Of a stretch of 30,498 nt of DNA, positions 18,627 through 27,435 are shown in pieces (position 1 is the stretch's first letter; each line of letters begins with the position of its first letter). Made by a program: the position numbers and the translations under genes. The notes beneath the pieces were generated by a model. That model saw only the letters and a program-made list of their open reading frames with translations. It made no database searches and had not been told where the DNA came from. Source of the stretch: Candidatus Parcubacteria bacterium (lineage in GTDB: Bacteria > Patescibacteriota > Minisyncoccia > Phycocordibacterales > CAIZLB01); contig JBJOQZ010000037.1 of assembly GCA_046049705.1 (NCBI GenBank), positions 1 through 30,498 of the forward strand, in the 5' to 3' direction.

Positions 18627-19820
18627 ATGGCTGAAGCATTTGATCGCTCAAAACCCCATGTAAACGTAGGTACTATTGGTCACGTTGACCACGGTAAGAC
18701 AACTCTTACTGCGGCAATTCTTAACACTCTTCACCGAGCAGGTATGCAGGTGACTCTTAAGGGTGTAAATGAAATCGACAAGGCTCCTGAAGAAAAAGCT
18801 CGAGGTATTACTATCTCACTTTCTCACTCAGAGTACTCTACTGCAAACCGACACTACGCTCACATCGATGCGCCAGGTCACGCCGACTACATCAAAAACA
18901 TGATTACTGGTGCCGCTCAAATGGACGGTGCTATCCTCGTGGTAGCCGCTACTGACGGTGCGATGCCTCAAACACGAGAGCACGTACTTCTTGCTAAGCA
19001 AGTAGGTGTACCTAAGATCATCGTATTCCTAAACAAATGCGATATGGTTGATGATGCTGACATGATCGACCTCGTTGAAGCTGAAATCCGAGAACTTCTT
19101 TCAAAGAACGGATTTGATGGCGACAATGCACCTGTAATCCGAGGTTCTGCGCTCAAGGCTCTTGAAGCGACTGGAACAGACGATGAATGGTCTAAGAAGA
19201 TTCTTGACCTTGCAGAAGCACTTGATACATACATCCCAGTACCAGAACGAGAAACTGATAAACCTTTCCTTATGCCTATTGAAGACATCTTCTCTATCGA
19301 AGGACGAGGTACAGTAGTAACTGGTAAAATCGAAAAGGGTGTTGTTAAAGTGGGAGAAACTATTGAAATCGTCGGTCTTAAGGATACTGCTTCAACTGCA
19401 GTAACTGGAATCGAAATGTTCAATAAGCAACTCAATGAAGGTATGGCTGGAGACAACGCTGGTATCCTTCTCCGAGGTGTTAAAAAAGAAGATCTTACTC
19501 GAGGTCAAGTTATCTGTAAGCCAGGCTCAGTAAAGCCTCATACAGATTTCGAAGCCGAAGTATATATCTTGAAGAAAGAAGAAGGAGGTCGACATACACC
19601 ATTCTTTACAGGGTACAAACCACAGTTCTACGTCCGAACAACTGACGTAACTGGTGAAGTATCACTTGCTGAAGGTGTAGAAATGGTAATGCCTGGTGAT
19701 ACAGTTACATTCAAGGTAAAACTTGTTGCCCCTGTTGCTCTTGAAGACAAACAAAAGTTTGCGATTCGAGAAGGTGGTAAAACTGTAGGTGCCGGTGTTG
19801 TTACCAAGATTGTCGCGTAA
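18627..19820 (+). CDS. tuf: Elongation factor Tu
   Basis: [38 protein letters not shown]. Confidence 0.99.
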   Translation: MAEAFDRSKPHVNVGTIGHVDHGKTTLTAAILNTLHRAGMQVTLKGVNEIDKAPEEKARGITISLSHSEYSTANRHYAHIDAPGHADYIKNMITGAAQMDGAILVVAATDGAMPQTREHVLLAKQVGVPKIIVFLNKCDMVDDADMIDLVEAEIRELLSKNGFDGDNAPVIRGSALKALEATGTDDEWSKKILDLAEALDTYIPVPERETDKPFLMPIEDIFSIEGRGTVVTGKIEKGVVKVGETIEIVGLKDTASTAVTGIEMFNKQLNEGMAGDNAGILLRGVKKEDLTRGQVICKPGSVKPHTDFEAEVYILKKEEGGRHTPFFTGYKPQFYVRTTDVTGEVSLAEGVEMVMPGDTVTFKVKLVAPVALEDKQKFAIREGGKTVGAGVVTKIVA

Positions 19821-19872
19821 CACGTTTACTCATTGAGCCTTCGACAAGCTCTAATCTAATCTTTTGCCATCT

Positions 19873-20229
19873 ATGGCTACAAAAGAAGCGACAAAAAAGA
19901 AATCTAGTGTTAAAGAAGACGTGGTGTCAAAGCTTCGAATTCGAGTGCGCGCATACGAATCAAAAATTATCGATGCATCTATAAAACAGATCATGGATAC
20001 AGCACTTCGATATGATGCACAGGTAGTAGGACCAATTCCTCTTCCAACCGAAATTCGAAAGTACACTGTAAACCGAGCTTCTTTCGTGTATAAAAATGCA
20101 CGAGAGCAGTTTGAAATGCGTGTACATAAGCGCCTCATCGATATTATTAATCCAAATGCAAAGCTCGTAGAGGCTCTTACGAATCTCTCGCTTCCATCTG
20201 GTGTAAATATTGATGTGAAAATGATGTAG
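19873..20229 (+). CDS. rpsJ: 30S ribosomal protein S10
   Basis: LRIRVRAYE, GPIPLPT, REQFEMRVHKRLIDI. ATG 19873 preferred over TTG 19864. Confidence 0.97.
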   Translation: MATKEATKKKSSVKEDVVSKLRIRVRAYESKIIDASIKQIMDTALRYDAQVVGPIPLPTEIRKYTVNRASFVYKNAREQFEMRVHKRLIDIINPNAKLVEALTNLSLPSGVNIDVKMM

Positions 20230-20276
20230 AGCATCATTGGACATACACTATTCTCTACACACATAATATTGCTGCT

Positions 20277-20876
20277 ATGAAATTTATTCTGGGAACAAAA
20301 GTCTCGATGACTCAGCTCTTCGACGAAGGGGGCAAAGTACATCCTGTCACAGTTGTAAAAACTGGTCCGATGGTCGTCACGCAAGTGAAGACTGCAGACA
20401 AAGACGGATACTCTGCTCTTCAAGTTGGTTTCGGAAAGAAAAGCGCAAAAAATATCAACAAAGCCCAAAAGGGTCAAATGAAAGACGGTAATTACCAGTA
20501 CCTCAAAGAACTAAAAGGGATCGAAGCTACTGCCGAAGTCGGTGGTGCGCTCGAACAAACTTTTGAAGCAGGAGATATTGTTGAAGTTTCAGCAATTTCG
20601 AAAGCAAAAGGTTTTCAGGGTGTGGTAAAACGTCACGGTTTCCATGGAGGTCCACGGTCTCACGGTCAGAAGCACTCTGAACGAGAACCAGGATCGATTG
20701 GTGCCGGTGGATATCAGCGCGTTTTCAAAGGCCGAAAAATGGCCGGCCGAATGGGCGGTGATCGAGTCACTGTAAAAAATCTCGTTGTTGTCTCGGTAGA
20801 CAATGAGGCAAATGAAATCTATATCCGAGGTGCAATTCCTGGTCGAAAGGGCACATTAGTAGAAGTAAGAGGTTAA
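20277..20876 (+). CDS. rplC: 50S ribosomal protein L3
   Basis: GTKVSMTQ, KGFQGVVKRHG, PGSIG, MAGRMG, GAIPG. Confidence 0.97.
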   Translation: MKFILGTKVSMTQLFDEGGKVHPVTVVKTGPMVVTQVKTADKDGYSALQVGFGKKSAKNINKAQKGQMKDGNYQYLKELKGIEATAEVGGALEQTFEAGDIVEVSAISKAKGFQGVVKRHGFHGGPRSHGQKHSEREPGSIGAGGYQRVFKGRKMAGRMGGDRVTVKNLVVVSVDNEANEIYIRGAIPGRKGTLVEVRG

Positions 20877-20884
20877 TCAATACT

Positions 20885-21610
20885 ATGGCAGAAAAGAAAA
20901 CAACAAAAACTGTAAAGGCTACAAAGTCTAATGCAGATGTTTCCCTTGAGGCAAAGGTATTTGATATGGAAGGGAAGTCTGCTGGCTCTGTTACATTGCC
21001 AGAAGAAATCTTTGGCCTTTCATGGAATGCAGACTTGATTCATCAGGTGGTAACATCGATGATGTCAGATGCACGACAGCCTCTTGCTCATACTAAAACT
21101 CGAGGTGAAGTGGCAGGAACAGGTAAAAAACCTTGGAAACAAAAGGGAACTGGTCGCGCACGACATGGCTCACGTCGGTCTCCGATTTGGGTTGGTGGAG
21201 GTGTCGCTCATGGTCCACGAAACGAAAAGAGCTATGCTCGAAAAGTTAACAAGAAGATGAAAACAAAAGCTTTGTTTACACTCTTGTCTAAAAAGTTCCG
21301 AGACGGAGAAGTTATCTTCGTTAAGTCACTTGACCTTGCTGAACCTAAGACAAACAATGCGAAGTCATTCTTGACTCGTGTTGCTGATGGATCAGGCGAA
21401 GCAATGCTTGCAAAGAAGCGAAAGAATGCAGCTGTCATCATGGCACCTGAACTTTCACTAAATGCAAAGCGAGGATTTAAGAATTTCAATAACCTTGAAG
21501 TTGTTGAAGTACGAAACCTCAATCCGCTTGCACTCGTTAATTACAAATATGTAGTGATTGCTTCTCCAGAAGCTTCACTCGTCACTCTCGCTTCACGAAG
21601 TGCCAAATAA
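20885..21610 (+). CDS. rplD: 50S ribosomal protein L4
   Basis: [27 protein letters not shown]. Confidence 0.97.
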   Translation: MAEKKTTKTVKATKSNADVSLEAKVFDMEGKSAGSVTLPEEIFGLSWNADLIHQVVTSMMSDARQPLAHTKTRGEVAGTGKKPWKQKGTGRARHGSRRSPIWVGGGVAHGPRNEKSYARKVNKKMKTKALFTLLSKKFRDGEVIFVKSLDLAEPKTNNAKSFLTRVADGSGEAMLAKKRKNAAVIMAPELSLNAKRGFKNFNNLEVVEVRNLNPLALVNYKYVVIASPEASLVTLASRSAK

Positions 21611-21915
21611 TGTCATTGAATATGAAAACATCAGTCAATAAACATGCGGTTGGCAGTATCAAGAAGCCTCGAATCACAGAAAAAGCTACTTTTTCTGCTG
21701 AGAAGGGTGCATACATTTTTGAAATTGCGCAAGATGCAACAAAAATTACGGTTGCGAAAGCAATCGAAGCTCTCTACAAAGTCGTGCCGGTTAAGGTCAA
21801 TATTGTCCGAACGCCTGCAAAGAAAGTCTTTGTACGAGGAAAGGTCGGTTATAAACAAGCAGTCAAGAAAGCGATTGTGTTCCTCAAAAAGGGAGACAAA
21901 ATCGATCTTGCATAA
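21610..21915 (+). CDS. rplW: 50S ribosomal protein L23
   Basis: KKPRITEK, ATKITVAKAIE, KKAIVFLKKG; synteny. Confidence 0.95.
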   Translation: MSLNMKTSVNKHAVGSIKKPRITEKATFSAEKGAYIFEIAQDATKITVAKAIEALYKVVPVKVNIVRTPAKKVFVRGKVGYKQAVKKAIVFLKKGDKIDLA

Positions 21916-21933
21916 TCGCATTGAACTACTCAT

Positions 21934-22776
21934 ATGAAACGATATAAACCAACAACTCCGTCTCGTCGAAATATGTCTCATGTTTCTTTGCGAAGCATGA
22001 TTACAACCGACACACCACATAAACCTTTGACAAAAGGTGGACACCGATCTGTAGGACGAAACAATACAGGTCGAATCACAACGCGTCATAAGGGGTCAGG
22101 GCATAAGCGAGTATATCGACTTGTCGATTTCAAGATGGACAAGAAAGAGATTCCTGCAAAAATCCTTACTGTGGAATATGATCCAAACCGAACAGGTTTC
22201 ATTGCCCTTGTGGGCTATGCCGATGGAGAAAAACGATATGTTCTTCTTCCAAAATCAGTTCGAGTTGGAGATAAAATTATCACTGCTCAAAAAGCAGAGG
22301 TAAAAGCTGGTAACCGACTTCCACTCCGAAACGTTCCTGTAGGTACATTTATCTACAATATCGAATTACGACCAGAAGGAGGTGCCAAACTTGTACGAGC
22401 TGCCGGATCTTTCGCTGAAGTGATCGGTCAAGACTCTGGGTATACTCAGATCAAGATGCCATCAACTGAAGTACGAAAAATTATTGATACTGCATGGGCA
22501 ACTGTCGGTGAAGTATCAAATGATGAAAACCGTCTTCAAAACTTTGGTAAAGCTGGACGAAGCCGATGGAAGGGTATTCGACCTACAGTTCGTGGTACTG
22601 CCATGAACCCAGTAGATCACCCACACGGAGGTGGTGAAGGCCGACAAGGACGAGGACGACGACGCGCTGTATCTATCTACGGTAAACCAACCGGAAAAGG
22701 ACAGAAGTCTCGAACTCCAAAGAAATACTCAAACAAGTTCATCGTATCTCGCCGACGAGTCGGAAAGAATCGATAA
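21934..22776 (+). CDS. rplB: 50S ribosomal protein L2
   Basis: GRNNTGRIT, EYDPNR, GKAGRSRW, VRGTAMNPVDHPHGGGEG. Confidence 0.98.
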   Translation: MKRYKPTTPSRRNMSHVSLRSMITTDTPHKPLTKGGHRSVGRNNTGRITTRHKGSGHKRVYRLVDFKMDKKEIPAKILTVEYDPNRTGFIALVGYADGEKRYVLLPKSVRVGDKIITAQKAEVKAGNRLPLRNVPVGTFIYNIELRPEGGAKLVRAAGSFAEVIGQDSGYTQIKMPSTEVRKIIDTAWATVGEVSNDENRLQNFGKAGRSRWKGIRPTVRGTAMNPVDHPHGGGEGRQGRGRRRAVSIYGKPTGKGQKSRTPKKYSNKFIVSRRRVGKNR

Positions 22777-22797
22777 TCTGTTTCAAGGTATCTCAAA

Positions 22798-22836
22798 ACA
22801 AAAACACCGTCGCAAGGCGGTGTTTTTGTCTTTTTT
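22798..22836 (+). terminator. Intrinsic terminator after rplB
   Basis: ACAAAAACACCGTC-GCAA-GGCGGTGTTTTTGT plus a T tract. Confidence 0.85.
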
Positions 22837-22940
22837 AACTACATACATCTAGGTCTGCGCAAGGTGTATCCTTAGGAATATGAGTAAGTCGGGGGTACAA
22901 AATAGGCAGATGAAGAAGGTGTGAGGGCTCATGTAGGGTA

Positions 22941-22968
22941 TTGACAAAAAAATATATTATGTTAATAT
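22941..22968 (+). promoter_or_regulatory. Promoter for the 23049 gene
   Basis: TTGACA-16-TAATAT with TGn extension. Confidence 0.65.
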
Positions 22969-23048
22969 CATGCTACTCATTAGAAATGGTAACCCTACCT
23001 ACAGTGAGTCTTTACTAAGTAAAGATTAATTAAAACTCTTATATTTAT

Positions 23049-23954
23049 ATGAATTTATTTTCAAAATTAGCTTCACTCACAATCGCTTTCGCCCTTATCT
23101 TTGGCGCTAGTTTAGGAGTAAATGCTAAAACTGCATCAGCAGTAGTCATTATAGCTGAGAACACAGCTGAAATGTGTACAGATGGTATCGACAATGACGG
23201 TGACTTCGTTACTGACTTGTCAGATACAGATTGCGTATCTTTTGCTCCAGCACCTGTTATGGGTGAATTAGGTGTAGAAAATACACTTGCACTCTGTACA
23301 GACGGTATCGACAATGACTTTGACTTCGTCACTGACTTGTCCGACACAAACTGTGCAGCTTTTGCCCCGGCCCCTGTTCTACCTGCTGAAAATACTGCAG
23401 AAAAGTGTACAGACGGTATCGACAATGACGGTGACTTCGTTACTGACTTGTCAGATACAGATTGTGCCGCTTTCGCACCAGCACCAGTAGTACCTACTAC
23501 TCCTACGACTCCATCAACACCTGCTATTACTCCTGGTTCACAAACTGGAGTGAGTGGTACAACTGGCGGTGGATTTAGCGGATCAACAGGTCTACCTACT
23601 GGTCAATCAGTATTAGGTGCTACAACTGGTCCTGCTACAGGTGCAAGTTGTAAGACTGTGATCACAAAGTACATGAAACTTGGTGATCGAAACACTGAAG
23701 TATCTAAACTTCAAGTTGCTCTCAATTCATTGATGGGTAAGAAACTTGCGATTACTGGAGTATACGATCAGGCTACATTTAATGCAGTCGTTGAATTCCA
23801 GAAAGCGCATTCTAAGTTAGTACTTAAGCCATGGGTAGATGCAGGTCTGATGAATACTGAAATCGCCACTGGATATGCGTACATTACTACAATCCACACA
23901 ATCAATAGCATGCTTTGTGGTGGTAACTACGGTCCACTTCCAGCACTAAAATAA
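23049..23954 (+). CDS. Secreted protein with three Asp/Cys metal-binding-like repeats and a C-terminal peptidoglycan-binding-like domain
   Basis: Signal peptide; CTDGIDNDGDFVTDLSDTDC x3; Pro/Thr/Gly linker; LGDRNTEVSKLQVALN...ITGVYDQATFNAVVEFQ (PG_binding_1-like). Confidence 0.75.
   Translation: MNLFSKLASLTIAFALIFGASLGVNAKTASAVVIIAENTAEMCTDGIDNDGDFVTDLSDTDCVSFAPAPVMGELGVENTLALCTDGIDNDFDFVTDLSDTNCAAFAPAPVLPAENTAEKCTDGIDNDGDFVTDLSDTDCAAFAPAPVVPTTPTTPSTPAITPGSQTGVSGTTGGGFSGSTGLPTGQSVLGATTGPATGASCKTVITKYMKLGDRNTEVSKLQVALNSLMGKKLAITGVYDQATFNAVVEFQKAHSKLVLKPWVDAGLMNTEIATGYAYITTIHTINSMLCGGNYGPLPALK
23175..23465 (+). repeat. Three intragenic direct repeats (60-nt cores at 23175, 23295, 23406)
   Basis: Cores 1 and 3 differ at only 2 of 60 nt, both synonymous. 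Periods are 120 and 111 nt. Confidence 0.9.
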
Positions 23955-23973
23955 TCTGAGTGTAGGGAATACC

Positions 23974-24007
23974 ACAAAAAGAGCCTCATACATGAGGCTC
24001 TTTTTGT
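23974..24007. terminator. Bidirectional intrinsic terminator
   Basis: ACAAAAAGAGCCTCA-TACA-TGAGGCTCTTTTTGT, perfect 15 bp. Confidence 0.88.
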
Positions 24008-24050
24008 TATATGTAAAAGCGGAGCCAAGGTTGGGGAGGTTACGATACTA

Positions 24051-24079
24051 TTGACTTTATATACTTTATGTGATAGACT
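24051..24079 (+). promoter_or_regulatory. Promoter for the GC-rich gene
   Basis: TTGACT-17-TAGACT with TGn extension. Confidence 0.6.
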
Positions 24080-24195
24080 TATGGTAGTCCGTTCTTTGAT
24101 ACCCATGTCTGCCACTTGGGTGGAAGATTATGTATAAAGGACGGCAGTCTCAGAAAAAAACTACGTTCCATGGCGGTAAAACCGCCATCCAGTAC

Positions 24196-25221
24196 ATGAA
24201 ATCAAAATCCACCCTTGCGGCCCTCATCGCCGCGACTCTCGCGCTCGTCTTGACGGGCTTTGCCGTGGCGCAGAATGCGCCGTACTACGATGTCTTGGGA
24301 GAAATCTCGACTTCGGATGTTACCAAAGTGTCCATGTCCGATTCAGACCCCTGGACAATGGAACTGCCTGTTCCACCAACTGAAGCGGCGACATTGTCCG
24401 GTTTCAATACCGGGTTTTATGTCAATGCTAGCGTCAATGAGCGTGGGGTCATTCTTGACTCCATGCGCATGACCCAGTGTACGTTCAGTCTATATCACCT
24501 TGATGTCCTCACAGGAGCAGAGACTCCTGTTTTGCGTCCAGGTGGTACAGTTACTGATATCCCAATCTCACTGTACACCAACGAATTCGTGACACCGCAA
24601 GGTGCTCATACTAGGCCTTCGGTGTTCACTACTGGGACGCTGGACTTCACGGGTAACTACAATAGCGTTGCAAATACGCCGGCTGTAGGAACCATAGTAT
24701 CAAACGTGGCTCGTCTCTGGATGACCAAACAACTGTTCACTTGGAACAATGTTCCGGATTTCACACGTCCGACCTTGAACCAAGGATACGTCGTGCGCTG
24801 GACCGTTAGGTTCGTGCCGGTCTACCAAGGGGTGCAATACCCTGAGGTGACGCTGAATCCTACATTCCGGTACAAGGTGATTGATATCCCTTTGCCAGAG
24901 TTTGTCAGCATCAGACAGTATGATGAAGGCGAAGGACATTCCAAAGGGAACGTCCTTCGGATGTCTGGCTCTTACCTTGAGTTCTTTGAGCTTCAGCGCT
25001 CGCCGGACTTGGTAAACTGGACACCATTCTCATCACAGGGTGAAGGGGCAAACTGGGTCGGGCCCAATACATATTCATTTGGTGGAGGTCTGATTGGACC
25101 AAACATCTTTGAATGGGTGATCCCGAGCACAATGACTAATGCTTTGCCACGCGAGTTCTATCGCATGGTGTGGACAGGTCGGCGGGGAAGCTGGAGACCC
25201 CAGTTTCCAGTGGCATCCTAA
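24196..25221 (+). CDS. Secreted hypothetical protein, GC-rich, with an LQRSxDLVNW...FYR C-terminal motif
   Basis: Signal peptide MKSKSTLAALIAATLALVLTGFAVA-Q. The ORF is open from 24130; 24196 is preferred as start. Confidence 0.75.
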   Translation: MKSKSTLAALIAATLALVLTGFAVAQNAPYYDVLGEISTSDVTKVSMSDSDPWTMELPVPPTEAATLSGFNTGFYVNASVNERGVILDSMRMTQCTFSLYHLDVLTGAETPVLRPGGTVTDIPISLYTNEFVTPQGAHTRPSVFTTGTLDFTGNYNSVANTPAVGTIVSNVARLWMTKQLFTWNNVPDFTRPTLNQGYVVRWTVRFVPVYQGVQYPEVTLNPTFRYKVIDIPLPEFVSIRQYDEGEGHSKGNVLRMSGSYLEFFELQRSPDLVNWTPFSSQGEGANWVGPNTYSFGGGLIGPNIFEWVIPSTMTNALPREFYRMVWTGRRGSWRPQFPVAS

Positions 25222-25242
25222 GAGGTCTGGCCAACCTCATCG

Positions 25243-25276
25243 AACCCCCTTCTGCGGCAGCGCAGTAGGGGGTTTT
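25243..25276 (+). terminator. Intrinsic terminator
   Basis: AACCCCCT-T-CTGCG-GCAG-CGCAG-T-AGGGGGTT followed by TT. Confidence 0.75.
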
Positions 25277-25357
25277 CTACTACCTCAAATCTGCAAACAA
25301 AGGTATAGGGACCAGTGTGCAAGAACATGATTAATCCCCACCCTCATCTCCAAATCT

Positions 25358-25386
25358 TTGCATAAAAAGCTTTTTTATGATATAAT
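25358..25386 (+). promoter_or_regulatory. Promoter for the CAP gene, leaderless
   Basis: TTGCAT-17-TATAAT with TGn extension; ATG 6 nt downstream. Confidence 0.7.
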
Positions 25387-25392
25387 ATAGAT

Positions 25393-26484
25393 ATGGTAAA
25401 ATTACTTGAAACAAGTAAAAATACTCTAAAAACATCCCTTTACAAGGCCAAATCTTGGGCAAAATATGCTCTAAAACATGCTTTGGTCTCAGGTGAACAT
25501 AATGGTCATAAGCCAGCTGTACTTAAACTCGAAGCAAGCTTTGCGATTATAGTCTTTTTTAGCCTCTCAATCTTTGGGATTAAACAAATTTCGACATTTG
25601 CATTATCCAAGCAATCATTTTTAAGTGAGGTGTATCCTGCTGTAGTAGCAACCCTTACCAATAATGGCCGACAAGCCATAAACGCGCAAAAACTTAAGCC
25701 ATTGGCCTATAATCCAGTATTAGAGGCTGCTGCGCTTAAAAAAGCCGATGATATGATTGCAAAGGGGTACTTTGCACATAATAGCCCTGACGGAAAACAG
25801 CCATGGGATTGGATTAGGGAAGAGGGTTACGAATATGTCTATGCGGGTGAAAACCTAGCTATAAACTTCGCAGATTCAATCGATGTATATCAGGCGTGGA
25901 TGAATTCACCTGGTCATAGGGCAAATATCCTTAATCAACACTATACTGAAGTCGGGATCGGGGCACGAAAAACCTATGTAGATGGCCGTGAAAGTATCAT
26001 AGTCGTCCAAATGTTTGGATCTCCTACAAAAGGGTATATCACAAAAAGAAATCAGGCTAACGATACGCTTTTAAGCCAAAAAAATCAGGTTTCCACTACC
26101 TCTAGTTCAACAATACTGACTCTCATTGTTGGCGCTACGACATCTACATCAACCGTAATTACAACAAATACTACAACCACTACTTCAACATCTATAAATC
26201 TTGCTGTTCTTGGTGCAAGTACTGATAGTGAAGAGTTTCAAACAGAAGATATCCATACAACAACAGCGTTTGTTGGTGGCATTGCTACAAATCCCAAATT
26301 AATTGGTCTGATACTTTACATTTTCTTCGTGATAATCATAAATATCGCCGTTATTGGCATCGGGCGAACCGAATATCACCATAATCATAAAAAGTCTATA
26401 TTTATAGCCGTAGTATTGCTTTCGGTCCTTTCACTTATTTCTGTATATTTCTTCGCTATTTCTCCAGAAGTACTTCTTGTATAG
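25393..26484 (+). CDS. Membrane-bound CAP (SCP/Tpx-1/Ag5/PR-1) domain protein
   Basis: LEAAALKKADDM...YFAHNSP, YAGENLA, AWMNSPGHRANIL...YTEVGIG; N-terminal TM, Thr-rich linker and two C-terminal TMs. Confidence 0.92.
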   Translation: MVKLLETSKNTLKTSLYKAKSWAKYALKHALVSGEHNGHKPAVLKLEASFAIIVFFSLSIFGIKQISTFALSKQSFLSEVYPAVVATLTNNGRQAINAQKLKPLAYNPVLEAAALKKADDMIAKGYFAHNSPDGKQPWDWIREEGYEYVYAGENLAINFADSIDVYQAWMNSPGHRANILNQHYTEVGIGARKTYVDGRESIIVVQMFGSPTKGYITKRNQANDTLLSQKNQVSTTSSSTILTLIVGATTSTSTVITTNTTTTTSTSINLAVLGASTDSEEFQTEDIHTTTAFVGGIATNPKLIGLILYIFFVIIINIAVIGIGRTEYHHNHKKSIFIAVVLLSVLSLISVYFFAISPEVLLV

Positions 26485-26512
26485 TCTATGAATAAAAAGT
26501 GAGCAGCTAGAT

Positions 26513-26540
26513 TTGACATTACTCATTTTTTTGTTAGTAT
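26513..26540 (+). promoter_or_regulatory. Promoter restarting the S10 operon at rpsS
   Basis: TTGACA-16-TAGTAT with TGn extension. Confidence 0.7.
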
Positions 26541-26584
26541 AACGAGCACTAGCTCTCCGTGAGCTATTATTTTTCGCATAAAAC

Positions 26585-26929
26585 ATGGCACGATCACTCA
26601 AAAAAGGTCCACTCGTAATCGAAAGATTACTCAAAAAAATCGAAGGCAAAAAACCATCTGAAACTGGTGTTATTAAGACATGGTATAGAGCATGTCATAT
26701 CTCTCCTGAGATGGTGGGCTTTATCTTTGGTGTCTACAACGGTAAAACGCATGTAGAAGTACTTGTTACAGAAGAGATGGTAGGTCACCGACTTGGTGAA
26801 TTTTCACCTACTCGAAAGTTTAATAGACACGGAGGTAAGATGCAGAAAGAGCTCGACGCTGCTAAAAAGCAAGCTGAAATTACAGCTGCTAAATCAGCCA
26901 AAGCTGCAACTACTCCAACTAAAAAATAA
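26585..26929 (+). CDS. rpsS: 30S ribosomal protein S19
   Basis: [27 protein letters not shown]. Confidence 0.97.
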   Translation: MARSLKKGPLVIERLLKKIEGKKPSETGVIKTWYRACHISPEMVGFIFGVYNGKTHVEVLVTEEMVGHRLGEFSPTRKFNRHGGKMQKELDAAKKQAEITAAKSAKAATTPTKK

Positions 26930-26947
26930 TTAATCTAGGATAAGACC

Positions 26948-27424
26948 ATGAAAGCTACACTATCTAACTATCGACAATCTCCACGAAAAGTTGCACTCGT
27001 TGCAGGTCTTATCCGAGGAAAGAAAGTTTCAGACGCTATGAGCGCAGTTCGTTTTGCTGTAAAACGAGCTTCTAATCCTATTGAAAAACTTCTCAATAGC
27101 GCTATTGCAAACGCTAAGAACATGGGTGTAGAAAACCCTATGGATCTCTTCGTAACAGAGATTCGAGTCGATAAAGGAATTGTGCTCAAGCGATTTATGC
27201 CACGGGCACGAGGTTCATCTGCTCAAATTTTGAAGCGATCAAGTCATATTTACCTTACTCTTGGTGATAAGCCAGTAAAAGGTAAGCAGGCGGATGCGAG
27301 CAAAGTTGGAATAGCTGAAGCTCCTGTTAAGGCAGCTGGTAAAACAACTGCTAAAAAAGCTTCAAAGGAACCAAAAGCTGAATCAAAGGCTAAGGCACCG
27401 AAGACTAAGAAAGTTACTAAATAA
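26948..27424 (+). CDS. rplV: 50S ribosomal protein L22 with Lys/Ala-rich C-terminal tail
   Basis: RQSPRKV, NSAIANA, RFMPRARG, SSHI. Confidence 0.96.
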   Translation: MKATLSNYRQSPRKVALVAGLIRGKKVSDAMSAVRFAVKRASNPIEKLLNSAIANAKNMGVENPMDLFVTEIRVDKGIVLKRFMPRARGSSAQILKRSSHIYLTLGDKPVKGKQADASKVGIAEAPVKAAGKTTAKKASKEPKAESKAKAPKTKKVTK

Positions 27425-27435
27425 TCAATCAATAT

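Noticed and set aside
12222-22776. Reassignment of CGA to another amino acid
   Set aside because: CGA occupies universally conserved Arg positions in S12, EF-Tu and L2.
23175-23465. CRISPR array
   Set aside because: The repeats are in-frame coding repeats with synonymous differences; there are no unique spacers and no cas genes.
18172-23971. Recurring GTAGGG(T)A(A)TA-like words at about 18173, 22933 and 23961, and GTAGGGT/ACCCTAC flanking the 22941 promoter
   Set aside because: Only 7-8 bp, in inconsistent contexts; cannot be separated from chance.
24091-24188. Known riboswitch in the leader of the GC-rich gene (imperfect long stem plus ATGGCGGT-AAA-ACCGCCAT)
   Set aside because: The hairpins are real, but I could not match any riboswitch consensus; an Rfam scan would be needed.
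22777-26584. Mobile element or prophage as the vehicle of the cassettes
   Set aside because: No integrase, transposase, terminal repeats or target-site duplication was visible.
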